Shown here in pieces: positions 1 through 11,912 of a DNA stretch of 64,000 bases (positions are counted from its first letter, which is position 1; every line of letters begins with the position of its first letter). The stretch covers positions 1 to 64,000 of the forward strand of contig JAHLWZ010000582.1 in assembly GCA_020536535.1 (NCBI GenBank), written 5' to 3'. Made by a program: the position numbers and the translations under genes. The notes under the pieces are model-generated. The model was not told the DNA's origin. It saw nothing but the letters and a program-made list of their open reading frames with translations, and made no database searches. This DNA is from Pelomyxa schiedti (Eukaryota > Protista > Evosea).

Positions 1-268
1 TCGGAGCCGCCGCGTGGGGGCGGAGCGGGTGCCGAGGAGGACAGGGATTCCCCGGTGTTGCTGCTGCTGCCGCCGCCGCGGCGGGGAGGGGGAGGCGGGG
101 TCTCCGAGACGGACTCGCGGGGAGGAGGCGGCGGGGGTGCCGCCGATGAGGAGTCACGCCGCGGGGGCGGGGGAGGCTCTGGCCCGCCACGAGGCGGAGG
201 AGGAGGGGGCTCCGAGTCATCCCGGGGTGGCGGAGGCGGGGCCCTGGAGCGTGACTTGCTGGAGGATT
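1..268 (-). CDS. Partial exon of a proline-rich protein (repeated PPPPPR motifs), runs off the window edge
   Basis: After a probable AG acceptor near 269, the minus frame reads KSSSKSRSRAPPPPPRDDSEPPPPPRGGPEPPPPPRRDSSSAAPPPPPRESVSETPPPPPRR... and stays open to the edge; upstream exons not resolved. Confidence 0.55.
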
Positions 269-617
269 TCTACATGGTGGGTCCACAAGGAAAATATTTT
301 ATTATTTTAAAAATGTTAGTGGGGCCTCGTATCAACGGGAAATTTGGGTCGGTTGCGTTAACACACGTGCTCTCTGTTGGGAAAAAGGGGAGAGGGAAAA
401 GCCCAACGTTAATTAAGTAAAAAGAAGTGAGACGAATGGGGGGCGAGTCGCGATGATGGGTGGTGTAAGTTGTGCTTGTGCCGTTATTGCCGCACCCTGA
501 ATCCGTCATTTTTTTCCCTTTCCCTTTTTTTTTTCTTGTTTTCTGCACCCCTTGAAGGAACTCGTTTTTTATCAAACTTTTTTGGAACTGCCAGTGGTGC
601 GAAGCAGATGAACTCGC

Positions 618-1453
618 TCATTCCGAATCGTCCGTCTCCCCTGCTTCCCACTCTTCCAAGGGAACGAGTATGATTGGGGGTGGTGGCAGACCGGTGCATG
701 TCTGTAACGCGGGTGTGCAGTACTTCTACGGAAGAGGTTAGTTCGGAAATGCAAGCGGGCATACGTTGTGACAAGCTATGCACTTCTTGCTCTCGCTACT
801 CCTCCAACAAGCCATTTTGCAGTGTTTGAGTGCGCACTGGTAGGAATTAGGCACAAAGTTATTTAGAGAGGCGCAAGTAACCTGAATATCAGCAGCAAAG
901 CAACTTGCGCAACCTTGAGATATTCCAGTGGAATCTTGTAAGCACCTGCCAGCACATTCCGCTATATCCTGCTTGCGCCTGCACATCCGGCCACAGTGGG
1001 AGGCAACGTCATGGAATTTCCCAGATTTCCTCAGCTCCTCAATTCTCTCAGTATCCTCTGGCGAAGTACACATATTTTCATCCCTGCCCGTGGTTAGTAC
1101 AACATTGTATCCGCTACCTTTCATACGCACATATTTGGTAAAATTACAGTTTCCACGTCCCCGGGTCGTGTCAAATGCGCCGCAGTATCAGAGTTGGTGC
1201 TAGTCGTCACTTCACAGGCCCCTTCACATGCGCATCCACATACTCGCTCCTTATAACGATCATGCTCCAGATTATCCCGCTGTCCTACTTCTATCTCGGT
1301 CTCTGGTTGTAAAATTGCGGTTACGCGATTGAAAACGATGCAACCAGCAAAACCAGCGTTGTCGACAGGCACTTGTCCCACTTCCAGACCAATAACACAG
1401 ATGACCACCGTGACACCCAACAAAACCAACGATCTCGTCTCCACACCAAACAT
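618..1453 (-). CDS. Secreted cysteine-rich protein of unknown function (multi-exon)
   Basis: Hydrophobic N-terminus (SLVLLGVTVVICVIG); Cys-rich C-terminal domain CGRMC..CAGRC..GISQGCASCF..CALKHCKMACW..CIACHN|KYCTPALQTCTG; GT-AG introns; one internal junction not resolved. Confidence 0.6.
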
Positions 1454-1601
1454 TATTTGCAAAAATGAAAAAAATACGTACACATGGATCATAACAAAAA
1501 AGTGACATCATTACCCTGCCCCTAACCAAGGAAAAAATAAACAAATTCAAACGCTTGAAAAAATCTATTTTCGCTGTTTAAATCGGCGATCTTGGGGAGA
1601 C

Positions 1602-2739
1602 TCAATAGAGAGAAAGGCCATACACTCTAGACATAAGGGGCGATGTGAGACGCACCGTACAGTTGACCAGATCGTATGCTATGAACTGCTCATTGAGGTC
1701 CATTGACTTGTCTCCATTGAGATACAAAGTGTCTCCTGCGTCGTTGACGGCGACTCCCCGTATGTAGTCATGTAATGGAGATGGACAAATTGGTGTCATT
1801 GTCCCTGCGTGCCAGAATTATGAATAGCGCGCAATTGCCTGACAAAAAAAAAAAACCTTTAGTGAGGTCTACAACGTAAATGTAATCCTGCTTCACGCCA
1901 AGCAAACGTTGATTTAGATTATCGTATGTCAGAGACCCTGGCCAATCAATGGCAGAAACCTTCAAAGCAGGAGTGACAGATAGTTGCTTAAGATTCACTC
2001 ACCACGCTAACAAGAGAATTCGTTTTCATGTCAGCAATAATGTACCTGGGGTCAGCAGTGCTGCCACTTGCAAAGTTGTATACCGTTATAAATTGTTGCT
2101 CCAGTTGATTGTACCTTTAAAGGGTCCAAACTTAAGTAAGAAGGTGAATGAGCATACGCTACTCCAAATCCGTATTTACCAAGAGCCCCAGGTATATCTA
2201 CAACTAGTGGACATTCTCCAGTTACATTGTTGGCCTTGCATATATACCAATATTTAGACTCAGTTCCTTGAGCCGAAACATAACTTGTTCAAGAGTAAGT
2301 AAGTGCATTGCACGGTGTTTTGTGACTCACATGTTTCCTGTAGTCGCATCCCAGGCACCTCCAGTAGAATCTTTGTAGTCCATTGCGGTAGTCCCAAGCA
2401 GTCTTCCTCCATTCACATCAACAGAGTCAAGGCACGTCTCGGTGGAATACTGTGTGAAGTGATACACCTACTCCTTTCGTTACTATCTTACTACTTGACT
2501 TATTTAAATTGGTCACAGGAGTTTTGAGACACATTGTTAGCTCTGTCTTCAAACCCCCAATAGGAACTGGGATTGATGTCTGCCCTCTTGGAAACCTCGC
2601 CCGTTGTGCCGTCTATTTCAACAGCCCACGCTTCTGAATTGTACTGCATTGCACCCACAACAGCATCGCCTCCCATAACCCCGTTGTAAGTACTCGTAAA
2701 CGCCCACGCAACCACGCACGTCGCATAAAACCGCCACAT
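1602..2739 (-). CDS. Secreted hypothetical protein, beta-strand rich (possible beta-propeller)
   Basis: Signal-peptide-like MWRFYATCVVAWA; collinear exon ORFs 2500-2739, 1768-1998, 1602-1799 with blade-like segments (IRGVAVNDAGDTLYL, LTYDNLNQRLLGV). Confidence 0.5.
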
Positions 2740-2780
2740 GTCTTCTACTAATTACGGAAATCTACAGATTCCTCCAATAC

Positions 2781-3910
2781 TTACACTTCGAAAATCTTCA
2801 AAGTGGCCGTGACTGGGCCTCTGCACATTGGGCACTGCCTGACAGATGGAGCACAGGCAGCACATATGCATCTGTGTCCGCAAGGTGCAATGGCCAACTC
2901 ACGAGGATTATCCAGGCATATCACACATTCCTCTGGTTGTGGGGGTTGTGCTGGTGTAGGAGTGGGAGTGGGAGTGGTGGATGTGGTTGCAGTTGTGGTG
3001 GCGGTGGGAGTTGGTGTGCTAGGGGATGGGGGAATGGTGGCTCTTGTTGCGCCACCGGGAGAGTGGAGGGTGCTTGTTTTCCCGAGTTCAGCAAAGAAGT
3101 TGGTTGCTTTGCTGATCCACTGCTCCTGGGTTTGTCTGCCGGCAGTGAGACTCACTTTTGAAGTTCCAAAAATAAATCCCTCTAGCTTTGTGGCCCCTGT
3201 TAGTAATTCCAAAGGTAATGTGTCAGCTCACACTAAATCCAATAACTCTAGAAGCAAGGACCGGTCTGAGATCGGCTACTACAGCATCAACAAGCTCAGT
3301 GTTTGTAGGGTCTGGGACACACAGTAGCACAAAGCACTGAGGTGAACCCTCACGTGCCACGCGAGCAACAGCTGTTCTTTTCAAAGCCAGATCATCTAAT
3401 GTGGCAATGATCATGCAAGTGCGTGCACGGTATGTTTCAGCTAGTGAGCGTGCAATATGTATTCTTCTTGCAGCATCTGCTATCACCGGCTCTGAGAAGA
3501 AAAACGACCTCATATCGTCTTGAATCAAAGCAGAGAGGTCCGGAACTGTACAATTCATAAAAGATTATTTAAATGTATTCTGGATTTATTGGTAAGACTA
3601 CTTCATAAATTAGTAGGTAAATTGTGTGGTGTGGGGAAGAAAGAACCATTTTCATCGAAAGTGAGAATGTCACAACCAAGGGATGCCAGCTCGCCACAAA
3701 TTTTCCTGCCAACCTAGAAAACCAAAAGAGCCGCATAAAGCGGTGAGAAATAACCTCGTGAATGAAAACAAACCCTGCCGGCGCCGACCACCCCCACAGA
3801 AAAATTGAGTGCTTTCACCCTCTCGCACGTAGCCTTTCTCTAAACATGTGCAGTCACGACAGGAAAAGGAACCTTCGACCTCATACCTCGGCTGTTTGTG
3901 GGTCCGCCAT
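2781..3910 (-). CDS. 3-hydroxyacyl-CoA dehydrogenase NAD-binding-like Rossmann domain fused to a C-terminal RING-HC finger (putative E3 ligase)
   Basis: Spliced: MADPQTAE|RKATCERVKALNFSVGVVGAGR|VGRKICGELASLGCDILTFDEN|VPDL..AARRIHIARSLAE..IIATLDDLALKR..; C-terminal CVICLDNPRELAIAPCGHRCICAACAPSVRQCPMCR (IAP/Neuralized-type RING). Confidence 0.75.
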
Positions 3911-3970
3911 GTCCGCCTGAATCGGTTGTTTCGGGGAATGAGGAAGATTCGCGTAAAAAAAAGATTTTTT

Positions 3971-5483
3971 TTAGTGACCTCCCTCGGGTCCTGTGTGCAA
4001 GGCACTTACGGATAACTCATTGTGAATCACCTTGATGGCTTCAGCAATCATTGGTGCAATGCTGGGCAGTATGTTAGCCATATAAGAGAATGTAGCGGCA
4101 AAAAAACCTGAGCACTTGAATCTTGGTTGAACGTTTTAAGTTCTCCTCCTGTGGAATGGTGTCGGTGACGAAGACTGCCTTGAGGCATGATGCTTCAATC
4201 CTCTGTACGGCGGGTCCTGAGAAGAGCCCGTGGCATGCTGCTGCATAAACCTCAATAGCACCATTTGACCTCAACAACTCCGCAGCAGTGGTGAGAGTAC
4301 CAGCTGTGTCAATGATATCATCATAGATTATAGCTATTTTGCCCCTTACGTCACCAACAAGTTGCATACTGTCAATCTGGGACTAAGTCAGAAAGGTTTT
4401 TTTTACAAAGAATGGAGACCTTATTGGATTCAACTCTTCGTTTTAGTATTGTGGCCATTGATCCAATATTTAGCATATCGGCAAGTAGTTTGGCCCTGTG
4501 GACACCACCTGCATCAGGTGACACGATAACAACTTGGTCACTTTTATGAGTGTCAGAAATAATTTCCATGAAGGTAAGATACACTTTGTCATGGAACATC
4601 TCGTGAAGCTTAGAAGCAAAAACAGAGTCGGCACTAAGATGATCCGTTGGTGTGTTCCCAAAGAAACCCTTGAAGAGAAATGTTATTTTATAAGAATGAG
4701 TGCCTACTCAATTGGGCTAACCTGAATTTGGCCACAATGGAGATCCACAAACATCAATCGATTGGGATCAGCAGAAAGTATCTGAAAAGGTGTGAAATGG
4801 ACATACCAGTCAAACTGAGCAGTACCTGTTTGGCAACACAAGAAGCAGAAATGGGGACACGTGGGGCACTCTTTCGGTCTTGTCTTGCACCTCAGTTAGC
4901 AGAAATTTCCCCTTGGTTTTTTTTTAAATGATACCTTGCATAACCATAGTAGGGAACAACACCAGTTACGCGGTTGGCTGATGAAAGCTATATCAAAGTT
5001 AAAATAAAACAATTGGCCTAACAGACATACGCGGCATGTGTGAAGTAACAAAATAAGTTCTTGAATGGCAGAATCGCCATGTGGTGGGCACGTTGGTTGA
5101 ATGACAAACATGTCTGAGCCTCGGATGCAATCCAAAATCTGTTATTACGCAAGTCAATACTTAACAAACAACACTTAACAAATATAACTTACTTGCATCT
5201 TGATTTCACCATCCGAGAACTTTCCAACAATTGCAGGAGTGCACGGTATGCCAAGCTGGGCTGCGACGTCGTTCGCGAGCTTAGCGTTCGACGTACCACT
5301 GATGACCCTTATCGTGTATCTGTCTCCTCGGCACCCCCCGATGCCCGGTATCGGCGGCGAAACTGCACGGGTAATTGGCGGCGTAGGCGGCGCCGGAGGC
5401 GGGGCTGACGTAGACGTGGACGTAGTCGCTGTCGACGTTGGTGCTTGTGTCGCTGTCGGAACTACGGGTGTTTCGGTGGCCAT
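3971..5483 (-). CDS. PRPS: Ribose-phosphate pyrophosphokinase (PRPP synthetase) with Thr/Pro-rich N-terminal extension
   Basis: Motifs FSDGEI, DLHCGQIQ, VSPDAGG, GDVRGKIAIIYDDIIDTAGT, HGLFSG, TDTIP, C-terminal IAPMIAEAIKVIHNELSVSAL; multi-exon. Confidence 0.95.
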
Positions 5484-5694
5484 CGGTCCTTTCACGTCTA
5501 GTTTGTTTATAAATCTGAAAAAAATAAAACAAAAAGAGCTCAAAAGTTGGTTTAAATTTCGCCCGGGCAGTAACGCCACTTTCAGGAGATGCGAAAGTTT
5601 GTCTGGGGAAAAGTCAGGAAACGTCAAGTTCGGGGAAGAAGGACATCTTGGGGGAAACATCATAAAATACCTTGAGGATTCGAAACAGAACAGT

Positions 5695-8305
5695 TTACGA
5701 TGACGAGGATGATTTCGTTGAGGATTTGGGTGTGCTGGTAACTCTGGTACTGTAGTCGAAATGTAGCTCTGAATAGGCGGCACTGAGGTCCTCAATGTCA
5801 ATCCCATCCAGTAGAACCTTGGGAGATGGAGGAATTGCAGTGCAGTGGGTGGTGCTCTGTTCAATGCTGTTGGGAGTCCAGTCACTACACGCGGAATTGC
5901 TCCAATCTTGTGGGGGGATTCGGTAAGAACCGGGTGGAATTCTCGTGAGTGATGCTTACCGGCAAGGTCCGGTGCTGCTTCGGGAGCTACATTTTGGGCT
6001 TGTGGTATGAACAGTTTAGCCGGCGGGAAGAGCTTGGGCAGTGATACTTTCAGAGGCGCGGGATTTTTCTTCTTGGAAAAGAAAGACTGCTTTCGGGGGG
6101 GAACCCCACCTGTGGCTGCTAATTTACGAGCTTCATAGGCTTGCTTCGTGAGTGATGCAAATACTTGTTCTACATTGATCCCTGTTTTTGCACTGACCTG
6201 TATTATAGTGATTTTCTCCTTTGGCGGTGTCCGAGGAGTTACCTCAAAAAACTGGCACCTCAAGGCCTTTGCTAGCTCCATTCCCTCTGCAATGGAAACT
6301 TGTCTGTCATTGTTAAGGTCACATTTCCCAGCCACAAGTACTTTTGGGTAATCTGGAACATCCTTTACGCGGAGAATCTGCTCATGGAATGTTCTAACTT
6401 CATCAAAGGAAGACCGAGAGGTAATCGAGTAGCTGAAAAGAAAATGTAAGGGGAAAGAGATTATATTGTGGCTACCCTAAAGAGAAAACCTCTCCAGTTC
6501 GCATATACCTGGAGGTTGGTGATTGTAAGAATGGGAAGCCAAGAGAATTACTGGTCTCTCATTGCAGAATACCTGACGAAATGTTAACCACCTACAAACA
6601 GGGAGGCTATGTTACTCTTCCTGGCCAGCTAAAAGGCACATAAGTTCAGCAAGATAAAGGAAAATGAGAAACCTGTATCGAGAATGTCCAATTTGAACAT
6701 TACGCCATCAATCATCCTCGTTGTAAAATACGACTACTAAAGTGTCAATTTTACGATATATGAATAACCTATGTACATCTTCAATAGTAGGATCGTATTC
6801 GGTAATGAAATGTCCCTAAATGGAGGCCAGTTAGTATGCAATAATGTGAGTCCAATGAAAACCTGAACAAACTTTATCACCATTGCCTACTTGTGGTTAA
6901 TTTAAATTAGGTGGAAGCCAACAACAAACCGTTTTGCTACCGATTCCACCACCTCCCACAAGGACAATCTTTATCGGGTTGAGAACACACTGATTTGGAA
7001 ACAACTTGCAAAATGCTTTTTCCCCAATTGTGTTTCCCTCCATCTTGATAACAACCGACCTAAGCGCTGAGGAATCACCTTTTTTACCGCTCCTAGAGTC
7101 TATGCAAAGGGCATCTGAAAGTGCAAGTGCACCCACTTCACCAATTCCACATGAGCACAGGGATAAACGTTCCAACTTCATGCTGTGTTTCAACCCTTTT
7201 GCCAAATATACTGTTCCCTTATCTCCAAAAAGATTGTGATCCACTTTCAACTCGTTCAAGACAGAGTGCGTGGATAACGCAGATGCAATAAATGAAATGC
7301 ATTCCTCATCGAGGCCACAAGAAGATAGATCAAGTACACTGAGCGTTGTGCTAATAGATACATAAGAAGCTAAGAGCTTGCAAGCAAAAGATTGTGGAGG
7401 TAATTCTTCAGAACCTGAGCCAAGTGTGTGAGGAAAAGGGGCAGATTTCCTGCTCCTCTTGGAAGCCACATAGTGTGAAAGATTCAAGTGCAGTTCATTT
7501 ACAACTAGTGCATGGGGGCCCAAGGCGGAGGCAATTTCATGCGTGAGGGAATCCTCTGTGTACGATTTTATTGTCAGAGACCCAGTCAAATGCCCAAACA
7601 AAGGCTTCGCTGCAGCAAGGAAAGGGTCACACAATGTGAGGGAGAGGTCTTTCAACACAGCGAGGAAAGGAGGGCAATTGGGTGGTGGTGGCCGCGGGGG
7701 ATTATGGGATGGCCGGGCAGATACCACGGGTGATTTCTCAGGTTGCACCAGGGATCCTCTGCGAATTTGACCAGGATCTTGAGTGTGTATTGCACGAAGT
7801 TCTGGTGTTGATGGGGACCGTGATAAGAAGTATTCACAAAGTTCTATTGTAGCCACGTCGTCAAGTTCAGTGAAATTACACAGAAAGACCGTTGGGTTGG
7901 AATCCAAGAGCGCATGCAAAAACTCACGAACTCTCGATCTCTCCAAACCGCCGACGCCAACAAAGGACGCGACGTTTCGAATTATTCTATAAAACAGTGA
8001 GCTCAGCGCAAGTGTGAATGTGAATTTCGAATTGTTGGTGCCACTGTGGCTGACTTACATCTCCTGTGCTGGTTTTAATGCCACGGCACCAAATTGGTAG
8101 CGTCGAGCCGCCTCGAACAAGTCCACATTTCTAAAGAAGTGAGAGGAAAACACAAAAAGAGGGGGCTGAAAACCAAAAAAAAAATTAAACTGAACCTTTG
8201 CAAAGAGAGAGGGCCGCGCATAGCTTGACAACAAAGCCAAAAAAGTGAGTCCACGATACGGTCCCTTTCGTTCGTGTGAACATGGCTCACCTCAAAGAAC
8301 GCCAT
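5695..8305 (-). CDS. RNI-like leucine-rich-repeat protein fused to a Ras-family GTPase domain
   Basis: LRRs (LSVLDLSSCGLD, LKVDHNLFGDKG, LSLCSCGIGEVG) in exon 6897-7946 run directly into IKIVLVGGGGIGSKT|AMVIKFVQ|[44 protein letters not shown]; start and stop approximate. Confidence 0.8.
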
Positions 8306-8536
8306 GTGGAAGGTTCGCTTAAAAAAAAACCGCCGATCCGTTTCTTACGCCTGGAACAGATCAGCAGAGGAGTCCTACATTTCCACCCAACTGGGAAGAA
8401 CCATCAATCCTGGGCGTGCAGTAAGGTTCCAATGGTCAGGGTTCCGTTCCGATCCCCAAAAAGTTTTTTCGGCAACTTATTTTTTGAGAAAAACACAAAA
8501 AAGCAAGCGTCGGGTCAACACGGCATTTTCTCTGCG

Positions 8537-9813
8537 ATGGCGAAACCGAACCCAGAGTAGTACGTATTGACGCCAACAACAAACGTCGCCCAACATTCCC
8601 CGACCGCCAACAAACAAAACAAAAACCAACGAAACAAAAACCGTAGTATCAGAGATCTAACTTTTTTTTCTTTCCCCCTCCTCCGTTGTTGTGCATCTAG
8701 TGATGTCATGTACAGGGTCATATTGTTAGGTATCGTGTGGAACTTGTCTCTTTCCCCATATAAGTCATTGGCTTATATTTTCGTTTTCTTGGTGCAGGGG
8801 ATCCAAATGTGGGCAAGTCCTCTTTGCTGCATAGACTTGGAGTACATTCCCTTTGGCTCAGATTTGATGTAATTTAATTCTATGTGCAGACAGGCGAGTG
8901 GGAGGAAAATCTCTCTGGTCCTGGGGCGGAATATGTCAGTATCTCCACCTATTCCCTCTTTCCATATAATCTATATCAGAAATTTATCTTTACCACTGCA
9001 CCTGATGGAAAGAAAGTCAAGCTTCAAGTGGTAAGCATATCACCATAATACCATTATTATTAAATTCTAAACAAAACTTTAACACAAAAATTTTAGTGGG
9101 ATACCGCAGGTTAGAGTCTTCCCTCACAAGCATTAGAGCTATTCCATATGTTTACTTTTAATATAGGACAAGAGAGATTTAGAAATCTCACTGGCAGCTG
9201 TAAGCTCCTTTTTTTATTACTTTTTTTATTAAACAACATCAAAGATTTCCGTCATGCTCATGGTGCATTCATAATCTATGACGTTACAGAAAAAATCACC
9301 TTTGAGAACGTGGGGCATTGGTCCGCTGATGTCGATCATTATGTGGATACTACTGCTTGCAAGGTAAAGAAATAAATGCAATATTAGCGACACCAACATT
9401 GTCACAGCTTTTCCTCGGAAACAAAACAGATTTACCAAATAGAGCCGTGACACAGGAAGAAATTACTGTATATGTTCCCCCCACCTTAATTTCGCACTCA
9501 ACCGTTTTCTTCTTTTTAGAATCTTAGCTCAGAAACAGGGATACCGTGCATGTAACTTTACCTTTCACACCATTCCCGTTTCTCAGTTTCAAACAGGGAG
9601 GTCAGTGTTAAAACAGGAAACAATGTCACTCAGGCCCTTGCAGAAATGACCAAGGCAATTCATGAAAAGTAGTGCCCACACTTTTTTTTACATCCACATA
9701 CATATCTCACCCACGCTCACAGATTTGCAGCCACTGTACTAGCACCAGCCACCCCCAACATCGTACTGAAACCCGGGCAGAAGAGGAAGGTAAAGAAAGA
9801 GGGCGGTTGCTAA
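8537..9813 (+). CDS. Rab-family small GTPase (divergent, about 11 exons)
   Basis: Spliced: [68 protein letters not shown]. Confidence 0.9.
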
Positions 9814-9929
9814 GTGTCTTCCACTACAATGCCAGTAGCCAGGACACCTTGTTTTATAGATATGAACATTTTTAGAAACCCTTTGCCCTTTGATTTCGTC
9901 CCAATCTTTTTACAAAAGAAAAACATCAA

Positions 9930-11912
9930 ATGCTCAAGTCACAACAGGGGGAGCAGCCGGAGCCAACCCCGCCAAAGAGAAGCAGGAGCGCGGCCGTCAC
10001 CGACAACGGCGCCAGCACCGGGAGCGGTACGGAGGGGAACGACCCCGGCGCCAAGCTGGGCGCCCGCAGGCAGTCTGTGCTGGGGATACTCCTTAGTGGC
10101 AGCGCGGCCGCCGCCAGCCCCTTGACCTCGTCGCCGCTGGTGCCGCACCCGGGGCTGGGGAAGGCGGCACCCGCTGCCCAGACGAGCACGGGCACTGGGA
10201 AGGGGAGAGGGGGAGGGGGAGGGGGCAGCAGCTCCGTTGGGATCGGCGAGTGCTGGGTGGTGTGCGACTCAGTGAGGTTCACGTCTGACCGCAGGTTTGG
10301 CGAGCTGGAGGGGGCGAGCGACCCCGAGTCGGTGTCCCTGGCTTGCTGTTCCCCGCCGTCCTACGGGCTTCCGCGGCCTCGCCCGCACCCTCGCCCTAGT
10401 CCTAGTCCGAGTCCTCTTGTTCCGCCTCCATCGCTGCTTCGTGTAAAATCGCCGGCTGTTGCTTCTGGTTCTGGCTCTGATTCTAGTTCTGATTCTGGTT
10501 CTGAATCCGATTCTGCTACTACTGCTGTGAATGGGTGCAGAAATAAGGATAGCGGCACTAGTTGTAGTACTATTGGGACAAACAAAGAGGGGGAGATGGA
10601 AGAGGTTGACTTGCACAGAGCTTTAATATACTACACGTTCTCCCCATGTGTGGCATCGCTGATGAACTGTTGCACGCACTCTCTGTCAGATACACCGTCT
10701 CTGAGGAAAACCGCAGCGTCAGTTGTGGCAATTCCTGTTGCCAGTGTGGGATGCCACAAGCTTCTGCTGCGATCTTTGGAATCCCTGGTCAGTCAAATAC
10801 AGTGCGGAGTATGCCCCTTTTTCTACGTTTTCTTGGCCACCTCTTCCCACTGTGCACTATTTTCGTCAACGATATACCACGCAAGCCCTCTACAACAATC
10901 ACCCCAGTGGTACAAGAGGTGGAAAAGTGGCTGGGATTCCCAGCACAAGTCCAGACCCCCAACTGAAGAATCCATGCATACCCTTGAGGAGGACGAGGAA
11001 TGTGACTACCCTTGGGCGGTTGTCACCAGTACAACGCACCAAATGCGGCAAGGCTTGAAGAAGCGCGGGGTATGGCTAGCTCTCCCCCTGATGAACACTT
11101 CCGAGCCTGGAAGCTTCAGCAATCCCGACGGAACCTCGTCAGTGGCGGTCTCCAGCAAGACCATCTCCGAGGAATCCCAGCAGCTAGCCCAGATACAGGC
11201 CGCCATCACGCGAACCAGGTCCAACTGCGAGATGAGGTTCTCGTCGTCGGCCTCCTCTGCGCAGTCCCCGCACGCCGAGGGCGGCGTCCCCCTCGACTCT
11301 GTCGGCGAGACCGCCGTCGTCGTCGAGGGGCAGGCGGACGTCGCGGCCCTGGCGCGGCAGATAGCGGACGAGGAGCTGAGCGCGAGCCCCGCGCGGCCCC
11401 AGTGCACGTTCCAGGGCCCCGAGGCCGGCCGGCACTCGGCCGGCTGCTCCGCGACGGTCGCCTCGCCCACGCCCTTCGTCGGGGCTACGCTCCAGTCGCT
11501 GGCGACGGCGTCCCACGCCGTGCACCGCACCTCCGCGGCCGCCCCAGCGACGACGGCGGCCAACAAACAGCCACAACCGGCAACAGTAGCCACGGCGACG
11601 GCGTCGACTGCGACTGCATCGTCGTCGGGCCTCTTGCACAGACTGGACGTGAGTTCTGGGATGGTGCTCCCGAGCACGCTGAGGGCGCTCTGCCGGGAGG
11701 TCGCCGCCCGCCACAGCTCGTTCGAGGCCACCCTGGAGCCACTCCACAGCACCCTGGCCCTGATGTCGCTGTGGGCCGGCTGCAGCGCACTGGACTCTGG
11801 CGAGGGAGGGGGCGGAGGCCCTGGGGGCGCCGTGGCCCCGGCGCCGCACAGGCCAGCCGGAAAGCTGCACGTGGAGGGCCGTGGGGGTGTCATCTCGGCC
11901 TTGCAGTTTTGA
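9930..11912 (+). CDS. DONSON: DONSON (downstream neighbor of SON) replisome protein homolog, single exon
   Basis: Ordered DONSON-like blocks: WVVCDSVRFTS, ALIYY, SLESL...CPFFYV, TSTTHQMRQGLKKRGVWLALPL, SPTPFVGATLQSL, GMVLPSTL, SFEATLEP. Confidence 0.8.
   Translation: MLKSQQGEQPEPTPPKRSRSAAVTDNGASTGSGTEGNDPGAKLGARRQSVLGILLSGSAAAASPLTSSPLVPHPGLGKAAPAAQTSTGTGKGRGGGGGGSSSVGIGECWVVCDSVRFTSDRRFGELEGASDPESVSLACCSPPSYGLPRPRPHPRPSPSPSPLVPPPSLLRVKSPAVASGSGSDSSSDSGSESDSATTAVNGCRNKDSGTSCSTIGTNKEGEMEEVDLHRALIYYTFSPCVASLMNCCTHSLSDTPSLRKTAASVVAIPVASVGCHKLLLRSLESLVSQIQCGVCPFFYVFLATSSHCALFSSTIYHASPLQQSPQWYKRWKSGWDSQHKSRPPTEESMHTLEEDEECDYPWAVVTSTTHQMRQGLKKRGVWLALPLMNTSEPGSFSNPDGTSSVAVSSKTISEESQQLAQIQAAITRTRSNCEMRFSSSASSAQSPHAEGGVPLDSVGETAVVVEGQADVAALARQIADEELSASPARPQCTFQGPEAGRHSAGCSATVASPTPFVGATLQSLATASHAVHRTSAAAPATTAANKQPQPATVATATASTATASSSGLLHRLDVSSGMVLPSTLRALCREVAARHSSFEATLEPLHSTLALMSLWAGCSALDSGEGGGGGPGGAVAPAPHRPAGKLHVEGRGGVISALQF

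Noticed and set aside
6897-7946. LRR plus GTPase as a Roco/LRRK protein
   Set aside because: The GTPase is Ras-type (DTAGQ, YDPTIED) and no COR or kinase domain follows
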